Part shown: one piece after another, positions 9,232 through 20,104 of the stretch
Layout of the letters: each line of letters opens with the position of its first letter
Numbering within the stretch: position 1 is the first letter of the stretch
Source: Myxococcales bacterium
GTDB taxonomy: Bacteria > Myxococcota_A > Polyangia > Polyangiales > DASUME01
Assembly (NCBI GenBank): GCA_047601445.1
Contig: JASGJH010000001.1
Coordinates: 6,144,001-6,208,000, forward strand
DNA length: 64,000 nucleotides
Direction of reading: 5' to 3'
Notes under the pieces: generated by a model
Told to the model about the DNA's origin: nothing
The model's input: the letters and a program-made list of their open reading frames with translations, nothing else
The model's database searches: none
Position numbers and translations under genes: made by a program

Positions 9232-11037
9232 ATGGGCGCAGAACAGCCTGTGTTGCACAAGAACGCCGCCGCTTTGAGTGACCCTCCCACCACGCTTCGC
9301 GCCGGCAACCTGCCGACCATCCGCCCCGTCACGGGCAAGTTCGGTCCCTACGATTTGGTGTGCCAGCTGGCGTCCGGCGGCATGGGCACCGTCTACGTAG
9401 CCAGCCGCACTCACGAAGAGGGCGTGCGGCGCACCGTGGCGCTCAAGACGATCCATCCGCACCTCGCGGTGGACCGCCGCTTCGTGCGCATGTTCCTGGC
9501 CGAGGCGCGCATCGTTTCGCGCATCAGCCATCCCTACGTGTGCAGGCTCAGCGACATGGGGCGCGAGAGCATGTCGCCCACCGCGGGCGCCGACACGCAG
9601 CCCGTGCCGTACGTGGCGATGGAGTACCTGGTGGGCGAGCCGCTCTCGCGCATGCTGCCGCTGTTGTCCTCCAATCGCTCGGAGTTCTCCACGGCCTGCA
9701 TCGTGAAGATGGTGGCGCAGCTGTGTGAGGGCCTGCACGCAGCGCACGAGGTGGCCGACGAAGAAGGTCGCTCGCTCCACGTGGTGCACCGCGACATCTC
9801 ACCCGACAACCTGTTCCTGCTCTACGACGGCACCGTGCGTGTGGTGGACTTCGGCATCGCGCGCGCCGACGACAACGTACGCACCACGGTAGCGGGCGGA
9901 CCGAAGGGCAAGTTCGCGTACATGTCTCCGGAGCAGCTGCAGTGCGAGAAGATCGACCGGCGCTCGGACATCTGGTCCATGGGCGTGGTGTTGTGGGAGC
10001 TGCTCACCGCGGTGCCGCTCATTCCGCGCGGCTCGGACATGCACGCCTCCAACGCGATCCTCACGATGCCCATCGTGCCGCCCTCCACGCGCAATCCGCA
10101 CGTGCCACACGTGCTCGACCAGATCACGCTCAAGGCGCTCAAGCGCAATCCCGACGAGCGCTTCGATACGGCCATCGACTTCGCGCACGAGCTCGATCAG
10201 TTCCTGGCGCGTTACTACGGCCCGATCTCTGCGGCCACCATGGGCAACTGGCTCGAGGCGATGTTTCCGGGCTGCCGTAGCTATCGTCAGCGCATCGTGC
10301 CCAACGCGCGCAAGTTGCTCGAGGAGAGCGGTTCGCTGCAGCTCGGGAGCCCGCTGGCAGGGCTGCGTACCGCGGCCCAAGGGGTCCCCAAGCATAAGAA
10401 AGAACCGCGACACGAGGGGGCCGGAGCGATCTGGCATGCGCTCTCGTCGCGGGCTTCTGCCGTGCCGAAGTGGGCTTACGGTCTGTGTCTGGTGTTGCTC
10501 TTGTTCGCGGTGTGGACGGAATCGAGGGGGTACCTCTCACCTGGCGAGCGCAGCGCCCGCGCGGCCGAAGCGGGCACGAATGGATCAGCGCGCGCGGGGG
10601 AGGCTCCCATCCCGAACCCGCGCGCGCTCGATGCTCCGCCGGTGCCACTTGCGGCCCAACCCGTGGTGACGCCCCTGGTGGAAGAGGTGAAGCCCACGGC
10701 GGCCGAGAGCGAGCTTGCGCCCACCCTGATCAGCGCGCAGCGCGCGGCGGTGGCGCGCACGCGCATCACACGGGCCGTGCCGCGGGACGGTTCGCTCGCA
10801 CCAGGTGAGGACCTGCCGACCGTTGGTGCGACAGGGCAGGTCTACGTGTCCACGCCAGGCGCCAGCGTCCCCATCGAGCTCAACGGCAAGGTGCTCGGCT
10901 CCACTCCGTCGAGGCTCCAGCTGCCCGTGGGTTCCCACGTGCTGCACTTGAAGCGCGCCAACGCTTCGCCGCTGCCGGTCGAAGTGAAGGTCGCAGCGGG
11001 CAAGGTCGTGTTCATCGAGGTCCCGCTCGGGAGCTGA
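9232..11037 (+). CDS. Hanks-type Ser/Thr kinase with transmembrane helix and PEGA-like C-terminus
   Basis: GGMGTVY, HRDISPDN, DFG, YMSPE; TM WAYGLCLVLLLFAVW; C-terminal VSTPGA..LNGKVLGSTP..LPVGSH. Confidence 0.9.
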   Translation: MGAEQPVLHKNAAALSDPPTTLRAGNLPTIRPVTGKFGPYDLVCQLASGGMGTVYVASRTHEEGVRRTVALKTIHPHLAVDRRFVRMFLAEARIVSRISHPYVCRLSDMGRESMSPTAGADTQPVPYVAMEYLVGEPLSRMLPLLSSNRSEFSTACIVKMVAQLCEGLHAAHEVADEEGRSLHVVHRDISPDNLFLLYDGTVRVVDFGIARADDNVRTTVAGGPKGKFAYMSPEQLQCEKIDRRSDIWSMGVVLWELLTAVPLIPRGSDMHASNAILTMPIVPPSTRNPHVPHVLDQITLKALKRNPDERFDTAIDFAHELDQFLARYYGPISAATMGNWLEAMFPGCRSYRQRIVPNARKLLEESGSLQLGSPLAGLRTAAQGVPKHKKEPRHEGAGAIWHALSSRASAVPKWAYGLCLVLLLFAVWTESRGYLSPGERSARAAEAGTNGSARAGEAPIPNPRALDAPPVPLAAQPVVTPLVEEVKPTAAESELAPTLISAQRAAVARTRITRAVPRDGSLAPGEDLPTVGATGQVYVSTPGASVPIELNGKVLGSTPSRLQLPVGSHVLHLKRANASPLPVEVKVAAGKVVFIEVPLGS

Positions 11038-11180
11038 TCCCAGTCGCCCAGAGCATGAGGACGAGGCGTGACGCTCGCGACCAAGCGAGCGCCAGGCGGC
11101 GGCGCGTCTGCGCCATATCGCGAGCTCACAGCAGCGTGATGTGCGGATCCCTCGCGAGAGGGGTCGAGGGGGTAAAAGAT

Positions 11181-13094
11181 ATGCGGAGGACGTTGTGGTT
11201 AGCAGTCTTGTTGTGGCTTGGAACGTTGGGCACGGCGCAGCAGGCGCGGGCCTACACCGATTGTGGCGCCCAGGTCTGTGGCTCGGCCGGGTCACGCCTG
11301 GTGAGTGTGAGCTCCGAACGCGGTGCATTACTCAACGCCCTGCTCTCGAGCCTCACTGGCGGGTCCATCAAGCTGAGCGTCGCCGACTACAACGCGCTCG
11401 CCAATGCTGACCTCGAACTCGCGCCGTTTCTCGCCACGCTGAAGACCCAGCTCGGCGCGGTCGACTACCAAGACGTGCTGACTGCCAACCTTACCCTGGA
11501 CAGTATTTTCCAGGCCGCCGCCTCGGCGCTCGTGACTCAGGACGCGCAGCTGGCGGCGGACGCTCTAGGCGCGCTCGTCTTGGCCACGCTTCCCGATGAG
11601 ACGATCGCGCTGGGCGACATGCTCTCGCTGGATCTGCGCGGCGCCGCCCTCACCCACGCCAAGATGAACGTGCTCGATCTCGTGATGGGCTCCGCCAGCC
11701 TGTTCAACCACAAGAACGCGCTCACAGTCGAGAACGTCAGCGTCAGCGGCAACCTGCTCGGCCTCGGTGCCCTGGTGAAGGACCTCGACCTCGGTGTCAC
11801 GGTGCCGGTCCCACCGGTGGCCGGCTGCGGCCCGGTGGGACTCTCGTTTCGCTCGGCGAGCATGCGCGTGCGCCTGCGCGTGCGCCTCGTCAGCAACAGC
11901 ACCGCGCTCAACGTGGTCGGACTGAATATCGCGTCCGCTGGCCTCAACATCGGCAACCTGGACTTGCTGGTCGACGTGGCCCCTGGTCAGGGCGTGGTCA
12001 GCGCCATCGACGCGGTCGCGGCGGCGGTCACCGTGCACGCCACGCCGGGAGTGGCGAGCCTCTATCTGGGCACCGTCTCGGATGCGAACCTGCTCGACTA
12101 CACCACGCCGATCGATCCGGCCAGCGAGCTCGACTACGCCAAGATCGCCACCATCAGCGTCACGCTGCTCAACGCGCAGCTTGCCTCAGTGAACGTCAAT
12201 GCGCGCTCCTTCGTGATCGCCGACGATCCGTCGCCCGAGGACCTCGCGTTCACCACGCCGTATCCGAAGAAGCTCACCGCGCAGACCCAGGGCGATTTCA
12301 TCGCAGGTCTGGTGGACGACCTGATCGGGAACCTGCAGCTCACCGTGAGCACGGCATCGAACCTCGGCGACACGCTGCTCAATGGGCTGCTCGGTAAGGT
12401 CACCGATGTGCTCAAGGGGGCGAATAGTCTCCTGCAGGCCCCACTCACCAACCTCACCAACAACCTGGTGAACCCCCTGCTCGGTCTGCTCGGGATCGGC
12501 CTCGGTGAGCTCGACGTCCAGATCTGTTCGGCGCCGATTCCCCCGAACGCGGGCTGTCCCTGTGACGACGGTCTGTACTGCACCGTCGGCGAGACCTGCA
12601 ATGGCGAAGGCAGCTGCACCGGCGGCAACTCGCCCTGTCCCGTGCCCAACGACGAGTGCCAGCAGGCCACATGCTCCGAGGACACCGACGCCTGCGGCGT
12701 GGAACCCGCGGGCTGCATGATCGACGGCTCCTGCTATCCCGCTGGCCGCGGTCCCGGTGAGAACTCGTGCTTCGTATGCGACCCCGACGTGAACCCGTTC
12801 GACTTCGTGGCCGATCCCGACTGCGATCCGACAGCGAACCCCGGCGCGATGTCTGATGGCGGTGCGGGCGGCGCTGGCGGCGGCGGCGACCTCGAGATGT
12901 TCGGCGACGGCGGCACAGTGGATCCGAACCGCGGCGACGCAGGCGTCGACATCAACGGCAACGTCGACCTGGGCCTCGCTGGCGGCGCCCGTTGCGCGCT
13001 CGCACCGGCGGGTGGCCAGCGCGCCGGCGGCAGCTTGCTCCTACTGCTCGTCCTCGGGCTGCTGGTGGAGCGACGCAGGACTCGTAGCTCATGA
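11181..13094 (+). CDS. Secreted surface protein: Leu-rich Tad/COG4655-like domain, Cys-rich repeats, MYXO-CTERM-like tail (TraA-like architecture)
   Basis: Signal peptide from ATG 11181; [39 protein letters not shown] Cys repeats; GGARC...[15 protein letters not shown]. Confidence 0.65.
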   Translation: MRRTLWLAVLLWLGTLGTAQQARAYTDCGAQVCGSAGSRLVSVSSERGALLNALLSSLTGGSIKLSVADYNALANADLELAPFLATLKTQLGAVDYQDVLTANLTLDSIFQAAASALVTQDAQLAADALGALVLATLPDETIALGDMLSLDLRGAALTHAKMNVLDLVMGSASLFNHKNALTVENVSVSGNLLGLGALVKDLDLGVTVPVPPVAGCGPVGLSFRSASMRVRLRVRLVSNSTALNVVGLNIASAGLNIGNLDLLVDVAPGQGVVSAIDAVAAAVTVHATPGVASLYLGTVSDANLLDYTTPIDPASELDYAKIATISVTLLNAQLASVNVNARSFVIADDPSPEDLAFTTPYPKKLTAQTQGDFIAGLVDDLIGNLQLTVSTASNLGDTLLNGLLGKVTDVLKGANSLLQAPLTNLTNNLVNPLLGLLGIGLGELDVQICSAPIPPNAGCPCDDGLYCTVGETCNGEGSCTGGNSPCPVPNDECQQATCSEDTDACGVEPAGCMIDGSCYPAGRGPGENSCFVCDPDVNPFDFVADPDCDPTANPGAMSDGGAGGAGGGGDLEMFGDGGTVDPNRGDAGVDINGNVDLGLAGGARCALAPAGGQRAGGSLLLLLVLGLLVERRRTRSS

Positions 13095-14860
13095 TGAACC
13101 GGCTCCTGCAGGTCGCCATCGGCATGTGCGTGCTCCTCTGGAGCGCCGCTGCAGGAGCCCAAGTCACGCTCGATCAGTTCAACCCGGCCGCCAGCCTGCG
13201 CGACGGTTTCGCGATCGCGAGGCCCGATCATCCAGGGCACCTGCGGCCCGGGTTTCAGTTCGTGCTCGACTACGCGAAGGACCCCCTGGTCCTCGAGGTG
13301 ACCGTCGACGGGGTCAAGCAGCCCAACACCACGATCGTGAGCGATCAACTGGTGGGCCACGGTCTGCTCTCCCTGGCACTCTGGGATCGCCTGCTCGTGT
13401 TCGCCCACGTGCCGGTGTCCTTCGTGATGAACGGGGAGAGCCTCTCCCGCACGCTGCGTCCGGATGGAGCGGCCATGGGCAACCTGGAGCTGGGCGGCCG
13501 TCTGCGTCTTTGGGGCGACCCCGACGACTGGTTCGCGCTCGGCGCTCAAGTCACGCTGGGCATGCCAAGCGCGCACTGGGCCAACGCGGACAACACCTTT
13601 GCGGGCGAGAAGTCGGCTACCGGACATTTTCAGCTACTGGCTGAAGTGCGGGGCGAGCGCTGGCGCCTCACGTCCAACGTTGGCACGCGCGTGCTCGACA
13701 GCCAGGTGCGCGGCCTGCACGTGGACGACATGCTCACCTTCGGCCTCGGCGCGGCGTGGGGTGTGCTGCGCGAGGGCAACGGGAACCTTGATCTCGACCT
13801 CGTCGGTGAGCTCTTCGGCACGAGCCCTTACAAGCACTTTGGGGATCGCGAGAGCTCGCCACTCGAGTACCTGGTGGGCCCCAAGCTACGGCACGCGAGC
13901 GGCCTCGGAGGTGGCCTCGCCGCTGGTGCGGGCCTCTCTCACGGCTACGGCGCGCCCGCCTATCGGTTGGTGGCGAGCCTCGGCTGGCTGAAGCCGAACG
14001 TCCCCGATCGCGATCACGATCGCGTTCCCGACAGCAAGGACGCCTGCCCCGACGACCGCGAGGATCGCGATGGCTACGAGGACCGCGACGGCTGTCCCGA
14101 TCCCGACAATGACGGCGATCTCGTGCCCGACACGATCGATCGCTGTCCGCTCGAGCCCGAGGACCGTGATGGCTTCCACGATGACGACGGCTGTCCCGAA
14201 GGCGACAACGATCGCGATGGCATCCTGGATCGCGTCGATCGCTGCCCGAACGAGGCTGAAGACCCGGACGATTTCCAGGACGCCGACGGCTGCCCCGACC
14301 CGGACAACGACGGCGACGGCGTGCTCGACGCGAACGACGAGTGTCCCACGGAGCGCGAGGATCTCGACGGTTTCAAGGACACCGACGGCTGCCTCGATCC
14401 CGACAACGATAGCGACGGCCTGCCCGACGCGCTCGATGCGTGTCCGCTGGAAGCCGAGACCGTCAATGGCAACGAAGATCAGGATGGCTGCCCGGACAAG
14501 ATCCGCGTCGATCGCAAGCAGGGCCAAATCTTGATCCTCGAACCGGTGCAGTTCGCCCTCAACAGCGCGCACATCCTGCCGGCCAGCTTCGACATGCTCA
14601 ACGAGATCGCAGCGGTGCTCAAGGCACACCCCGAGATCGAGAAGCTCTCCATCGAGGGCCACACCGACTCCCAGGGCAGCGACCTGCGTAACCAGGTGCT
14701 CTCCGAGGAGCGTGCCCAGAGCGTCCGCGAGTATCTGATCCAGGCGGGTATCCCGCTCGAACGCCTGGACGCTCAAGGATTTGGCGAGTCGCGCCCCGTC
14801 GCGGATAACGCGACGCTCGAGGGCCGCGCCAAGAATCGCCGCGTCGAGTTCCGCATGTAG
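13091..14860 (+). CDS. Outer-membrane protein: beta-barrel, thrombospondin type 3 repeats and OmpA domain (TraB-like)
   Basis: Signal peptide; tandem DxDxDGxxDxxDxCP repeats; IEGHTD, LSEERA, NRRVEF; ATGA overlap with the upstream gene. Confidence 0.85.
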   Translation: MMNRLLQVAIGMCVLLWSAAAGAQVTLDQFNPAASLRDGFAIARPDHPGHLRPGFQFVLDYAKDPLVLEVTVDGVKQPNTTIVSDQLVGHGLLSLALWDRLLVFAHVPVSFVMNGESLSRTLRPDGAAMGNLELGGRLRLWGDPDDWFALGAQVTLGMPSAHWANADNTFAGEKSATGHFQLLAEVRGERWRLTSNVGTRVLDSQVRGLHVDDMLTFGLGAAWGVLREGNGNLDLDLVGELFGTSPYKHFGDRESSPLEYLVGPKLRHASGLGGGLAAGAGLSHGYGAPAYRLVASLGWLKPNVPDRDHDRVPDSKDACPDDREDRDGYEDRDGCPDPDNDGDLVPDTIDRCPLEPEDRDGFHDDDGCPEGDNDRDGILDRVDRCPNEAEDPDDFQDADGCPDPDNDGDGVLDANDECPTEREDLDGFKDTDGCLDPDNDSDGLPDALDACPLEAETVNGNEDQDGCPDKIRVDRKQGQILILEPVQFALNSAHILPASFDMLNEIAAVLKAHPEIEKLSIEGHTDSQGSDLRNQVLSEERAQSVREYLIQAGIPLERLDAQGFGESRPVADNATLEGRAKNRRVEFRM

Positions 14861-14997
14861 CCGCGGGGTGATGCGCGGAGCAGACCGCCGCCCACGTCTG
14901 ATCGGCGCTCTAGCCATTGGCCCTCAGGTTGCAGTACGGTGCCTCCGCGCCTCCTTCGAGCGACTTCTGGCTCGAGTTGGCGCGTTTCGAGGTGCTT

Positions 14998-17271
14998 ATG
15001 CTGCTTAGGGAAATCTCCTCATCCACGCGGGGCCGCCTGCTCGCGCTGGCACTCGCGTCGAGCGGCTGCCACAGCGATTCCGCCGGAAGCGTCGTGGATT
15101 CTGGCCTGCCGGACGGGTCGACCCAGCGAGACGGTTCGGACCAGGATCCCGCCGACACACCGACACCCGTCGAAGTAGCGCCCAACGCGAAGGCCAAGGC
15201 TAAGTTCGATGCGCTCGCCGCGCAGCTCGCCGAGGCCGAGAGAATCACGCGCGCCGACTTCGATCAGCGATACCGCGTGGCCGACGAGCCGCTGAGCTTC
15301 GACCCCATGAGCGCGGCCAACCTCGACCAGATCCAGAAGTCGTTCTTCGAGCTCAATGCGCAGGAGCTCTTCGCGCTCGAGAAGTACGGCGTCGTGATCC
15401 AGAAGCGTCACAACTTCCCTCACTTCACAGCCGGCCTCCAGCACATCTACATGGAGGATCTCCCGGTCTACGTGAGCGCAGACTCCATCCTCGACGCACT
15501 CCACATCTCCTACGACGGAATGCTGGAATCCCTCGAGTTGAGCGCCCTGTCTCCCACGCTGTTCAAGCTGCTCTCACGCCTGATCAATCAGCTCGAACAC
15601 AGCTCCAACAACCTCGGCGACTCTCGCGAGGACCTCGACGTTTATCTCGGCGTGGCGCGCGCACTGCTCACCGGCAACCCCTATCCCACACTGGTGGCCG
15701 GCGGTGACGAAGAGCTTGCCGGCGAGCTGGTCCAAGCCGCCATGGACGCCGATGGGATCCAGAACTTCCAGCTATTCGGCGTCAAGCGCAGCGAAGACTT
15801 CTCCCAGTTCAAGCCGCGCGGTCACTACGAAGGCAACCTCGATCTCGAGCGCTATTTCCGGGCCATGGTCTGGCTCGGGCGCATCGACTTCCGCCTGCTC
15901 GAGACCCAATCCGACGGCAGCGTCGTATTCCGCAGGCGTCAGTTCGACGCCACGCTCGCGCTGTACCAACTGTTCGACGCCGGCAGCCTCGCGGCCTTCG
16001 GTGCCATCGACGGAGCGCTCCAGGAGTTCGTCGGTGAGAGCGACTACATGGTGCTCTCGCAGGTGCCAGACCTGCTCGCGGCGCTCAAGGTGCAGAAGCC
16101 CGAAGACACCACAGCCCTAGCCGACGCCGACATCGCCGAGGCCATCGCGCAGAGCGGCTTGGGAGACCAGCGCATCGCCAGTCATTTCATGGTCAGTGAC
16201 GGCACGGTCGGAATGCTTCCGCTCAACCGCAGCTTCGCCTTGCTCGGACAGCGCTACATCGTCGACTCTCACGTGTTCTCCAAGCTCGTCCACGACCGCG
16301 TGCCCGGACGCATGATGCCGAACCCGCTCGACGTGGCGTTCGCCGCCCTCGACAATGATCGCGCGGCCCAGCTCCTCGGATCGGAGCTCGACCAGTACGG
16401 CTACCAAGGCGCGCTGCATGCGACGCGCATCACGGTGGACGCGCTCGAGCCCGATTTCTGGCAGGAAAACCTCTACAACAGCTGGCTCACGGCCCTGCGC
16501 GCCCTGTCCCCGGCCGCGGCCCCCGAGGGCTTGCCCGCGCCGATGAAGAGCGATGGCTGGGGCCGCCGCATGGTCAACAGCCAGCTGGGCTCCTGGGCCG
16601 AACTCAGGCACGACACCGTCCTCTACGCCAAGCAGTCCTACACGCTCGGCGCCGTCTGCGAGTTCCCGGAGGCCTACGTCGACCCATACCCGCAGTTCTT
16701 CGCGGCCATCATCGCCTACTGCGATCGCGCGCTCGATATGACCGACCGCCTCGAGGGCTTCGTCGAGCCGAGCCTCCTCGATTCCATGCGGGACTACTTC
16801 GGCACCATGCGCTCGAGTCTGGTCACGCTCAAGACCATGGCCGAGCAACAGCTCGCTGGCACGCCCTTCACGCTGGAGCAGCTCGCGTTCATCAACGACG
16901 CGGTCCGCATCCAACCGACCGAGCCGCACGGTTGCGGGCCATCGGACCCGGTTTACCTCGGTTGGTACCCCCGCATGCTCTGGAAGACGCCCAAGGACTT
17001 CGACCCCACCATCGCCGACGTGCACACCCAGCCCACCGATCTCGCGGGCAACCTCGTGGGTCGCGTGCTGCACGTGGGCACCGGCGCGCCGCGCTCGATG
17101 GTGGTCACCGTGAACACCTGCCAGGGACCCCGGGCCTACGTGGGCCTGGTGTTCGCCTATCACGAAGTCATCAAGGACGACTTCCAGCGCCTCACCGACG
17201 AGGAATGGTCCGCGAGCTACTTCACCGAAAAGCCCGCGGATGTGCCCTGGATGTCCTTGGTCGTGCCCTGA
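14998..17271 (+). CDS. DUF3160-family lipoprotein
   Basis: Lipobox LASSGC; DFSQFKPRGHY, YFRAMVWLGR, GSWAELRHDTVLYAKQSY, IADVHT, RLTDEEW; GAGGTG RBS before ATG 14998. Confidence 0.8.
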   Translation: MLLREISSSTRGRLLALALASSGCHSDSAGSVVDSGLPDGSTQRDGSDQDPADTPTPVEVAPNAKAKAKFDALAAQLAEAERITRADFDQRYRVADEPLSFDPMSAANLDQIQKSFFELNAQELFALEKYGVVIQKRHNFPHFTAGLQHIYMEDLPVYVSADSILDALHISYDGMLESLELSALSPTLFKLLSRLINQLEHSSNNLGDSREDLDVYLGVARALLTGNPYPTLVAGGDEELAGELVQAAMDADGIQNFQLFGVKRSEDFSQFKPRGHYEGNLDLERYFRAMVWLGRIDFRLLETQSDGSVVFRRRQFDATLALYQLFDAGSLAAFGAIDGALQEFVGESDYMVLSQVPDLLAALKVQKPEDTTALADADIAEAIAQSGLGDQRIASHFMVSDGTVGMLPLNRSFALLGQRYIVDSHVFSKLVHDRVPGRMMPNPLDVAFAALDNDRAAQLLGSELDQYGYQGALHATRITVDALEPDFWQENLYNSWLTALRALSPAAAPEGLPAPMKSDGWGRRMVNSQLGSWAELRHDTVLYAKQSYTLGAVCEFPEAYVDPYPQFFAAIIAYCDRALDMTDRLEGFVEPSLLDSMRDYFGTMRSSLVTLKTMAEQQLAGTPFTLEQLAFINDAVRIQPTEPHGCGPSDPVYLGWYPRMLWKTPKDFDPTIADVHTQPTDLAGNLVGRVLHVGTGAPRSMVVTVNTCQGPRAYVGLVFAYHEVIKDDFQRLTDEEWSASYFTEKPADVPWMSLVVP

Positions 17272-17443
17272 GCGGAGTTGCACGTTTAGAAGTCGCCGTT
17301 GACGTCAAAGTCCACGTTGCCGACCAAGTCGCGGTCAACGGGCAAGGGCACGCTTGTGCGACTTTGACGGCGACGGCCTGCGTGGGCGGCTCCGCTTGAC
17401 GATCAGAGCTCGAAGGCACGTTGATAGCCGACGGCGTCGCTCC

Positions 17444-18085
17444 TCACTCGCTGACGATGCCGCGCTCTTCCAAGAAGGAGAGGAACTCGGTCAGCCGTGC
17501 CAGGCTCGCGATCTCGAGGCCGTCCTCCACGGGCCGCACCAGACCCACGCGGATCAAGCGCCCCACGACTTCGTCGACCTCCGCGCGCTTCACGCCGAGC
17601 TCCTCGGCGAACTCCCCGAGGTCGCGCCCCACGATCACGGCATCCTCCTCGGAGCCAGGAAAGCCGCGCAGCTCGCCCTCGCGGGCCAAGCCCAAGATCA
17701 CCCGCGTCTTGGGGTCGCGCTTGGTGAGGATGGTGATCAGCGCGTCTGCGTTCTCGAGGCGCCGCGCCAGCTTCTGGATGATGCGCACGGCGATCTCGGC
17801 CTGGCTCGTGATCATGCTCTCGAAGCGCGACGCATCGAGCTCCACCAGCGTCACCGGCTCCAGGGCGGTCGCAGTGGCCGAGCGGGGCTTCCCGTTGAGA
17901 ATCGCCATTTCCCCAAAGAACTCGCCGGGGCCGAGCACCGCAAACGTCTTCTCGCCGCCCCGCACCTGCTTGGTGATGCGCACCCGTCCCGCCCGCAGGA
18001 CGAACATGGTGTCGCCCGGCTCGCCCTCGCGAAAAATCACGTCGGAAGCCGCGAAGGACTTGGTGAAGCGCTGAGAATCCGCCAC
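17444..18085 (-). CDS. Cyclic-nucleotide-binding Crp/Fnr-type protein
   Basis: IFREGEPGD, GEFFGEMA, PRSATA cNMP motifs; C-terminal HTH-like region. Confidence 0.85.
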   Translation of the reverse strand: MADSQRFTKSFAASDVIFREGEPGDTMFVLRAGRVRITKQVRGGEKTFAVLGPGEFFGEMAILNGKPRSATATALEPVTLVELDASRFESMITSQAEIAVRIIQKLARRLENADALITILTKRDPKTRVILGLAREGELRGFPGSEEDAVIVGRDLGEFAEELGVKRAEVDEVVGRLIRVGLVRPVEDGLEIASLARLTEFLSFLEERGIVSE

Positions 18086-18272
18086 TGACTTCGCAGGGTA
18101 TCAAAGCGAAAGCGGTGCAGCCCAGCAAAGTGAACGAGCGAAATCCATCCCTTGCGCCTCCTCACCGATCTGTCCTGGAGGAACACGACACGCAATTGGG
18201 CTGAGTATCACAAAAGATTCGTGCGCGGTGCTTCCTTGACTGCCCAGGGTGGGAGCAACACCTTACGCTGCC

Positions 18273-19696
18273 GTGTCGAAGCCCAAAAAGACGATCCACT
18301 TTGTCTCGCTCGGATGTCCCAAGAACCGAGTCGATACCGAGGTCATGCTCGGCGTGGGTGCGGGTGAGGGCTTCAAGAATCGTGGCGGACCCCAGTCAGG
18401 CCGAAGTGATCGTCGTGAACACCTGCGGGTTCATCGGTCCGGCCAAGGAAGAGTCCATCGATACCATCCTGGAGATGGGCTCCTTCAAGGAGAGCGGCAG
18501 CTGCAAGAAGCTGGTGGTCTCGGGCTGCCTCTCGCAGCGCTATCCGGAAGAGCTCGCCAAGGAGATGCCCGAGGTGGACTACTTCTTGGGCTCGAGCGAC
18601 ATGCTCAAACTCGGCGATGTGCTGCGCGCCAACGAGAAGCACCCCCTGGAGCGCGTGCTGGTGGGCAACCCCGCGGATTACACCTTCCGCGCCACGGACC
18701 CGCGCCTGCCCTCCATGGCCACCCACAGCGCTTACGTGAAGATCGCCGAGGGTTGCTCGCGCAAGTGCAGCTTCTGCATCATCCCGAGTATGCGCGGCAC
18801 CCAGCGCTCGCGTCCGGTCGAGGACATCGTGAGCGAAGTGGAGCAGCTCGTCTCGCGCGGGACCCAGGAAATCAACCTGGTTTCCCAGGACACCATCTCC
18901 TACGGGCGCGACCTCAAGCAAGACGGGCGCAACCTGTCGCATCTGGTGCAGGCCCTGGGCGAGGTGAAGGGCCTCAAGTGGCTGCGCCTGTTCTATCTCT
19001 ATCCCGAGCGTCTCACCGAAGAGATCATCGAGCTGTTGGCGCACCACCCGAAGGTCCTGCCCTACGTGGACATGCCGCTGCAGCACGCCAGCGACCGCAT
19101 GCTCAAGCTCATGCGCCGCGGCCACGGGCCCGACCGCCAGCGCAAGCTGGTGGAGCGCATGCGCACCGAGATCCCGAACCTCACCTTCCGCACCGCTTTC
19201 ATCGTCGGCCATCCTGGGGAGACGGATGCGGACTTCGCGGAGCTGTGCGACTTCGTGAAGTGGGCCGAGTTCGACCGCGTGGGCGTGTTCAAGTACTCCC
19301 ACGAGGAAGGCACGCGCTCGGGGACGCTCGACGAGGAAGTCCCGAGCAAGACCATCGCCGCGCGCCATCGCAAGCTCATGCAGATCCAGCGCCCCATCAG
19401 CCGCAAGAAGATGCGCCGCATGGTGGGCAGCCGAGATCGAGGTCCTGGTGGAGGGCGTGAGCGACGAGAGCGAGTTCTTGCTCGAAGGTCGCCACGCGGG
19501 CCAGGCCCCGGACATCGACGGCAAGGTGTACCTCGCCAACGGGGAGGCCAAGCCCGGTGAGATCCGCAAGGCCATGGTGACCGACGCCGCCGACTACGAT
19601 CTCGTGGCGGACCTGCTGCCCCGCGAGGGGGGCGGACTCGACCGACCGCCGGGCGCCAAGCGGGTGCGCCTGCGCACGCTCAACGGGCAGGTCTGA
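18273..19696 (+). CDS. rimO: Ribosomal protein S12 methylthiotransferase, interrupted by two one-base insertions (~18378, ~19431)
   Basis: VSLGCPKNRVD, VNTCGFI, CSRKCSFC radical SAM motif, LFYLYP, TRAM-region QAPDIDGKVY spread over three consecutive ORFs. Confidence 0.9.
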
Positions 19697-19789
19697 GAGC
19701 GACCTCGTGCGCCCACGCCGGACCGGCCCTGTCCGTGAATGGCGCCAGGGCCATTCTCAACTAAGGTGGCTGCGGGGTACGAAACGACG

Positions 19790-20095
19790 ATGAATCCAGG
19801 CCAGCTCACGCTAGACAGCCGCATCCGGCCCTCCGACAAGACCTTGTTTCGCAACGTGGAAGGGGAGGCCGTGCTCCTCGGATTGAATGCGGGTTCCTAT
19901 TTCGGGCTCGACCCCGTGGGCACCCGCATGTGGGAGCTGATCGCCGAGCGCGGCCTCTTGCGGGACGTGGTGAGCGGCATCGTGGCCGAGTTCGAGGTCG
20001 ACGCGGCGCGCGTCGAAACCGACCTCCTTAAGCTGGTTTCCGCATTGCTGGAGAAGCAGCTGGTGGAGCTCGCTGGGTCCGGCCCGCATCCCTGA
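19790..20095 (+). CDS. PqqD-family RiPP recognition element (lasso B1/E-like)
   Basis: 101 aa; EGEAVLLGLNAGSYFGLDPVGTRMWELI...VETDLLKLVSALLEKQLV; 9 bp upstream of the cyclase. Confidence 0.9.
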   Translation: MNPGQLTLDSRIRPSDKTLFRNVEGEAVLLGLNAGSYFGLDPVGTRMWELIAERGLLRDVVSGIVAEFEVDAARVETDLLKLVSALLEKQLVELAGSGPHP

Positions 20096-20104
20096 GCTGG
20101 CCCC

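Noticed and set aside
14005..14497. Regularly spaced repeats as a CRISPR array
   Set aside because: They are degenerate in-frame TSP3 coding repeats; no identical repeats or cas genes are present
18370..19440. Programmed frameshifting or true pseudogenisation of rimO and the other split genes
   Set aside because: No slippery heptamers, no nonsense codons or decay seen, and all sites share the AGATC context, which favours sequencing error
18273..19696. Radical SAM gene directly upstream of the RRE as a RiPP tailoring enzyme
   Set aside because: It has the full UPF0004, radical SAM and TRAM signature of housekeeping RimO, with no SPASM or RRE domain; adjacency is probably coincidental
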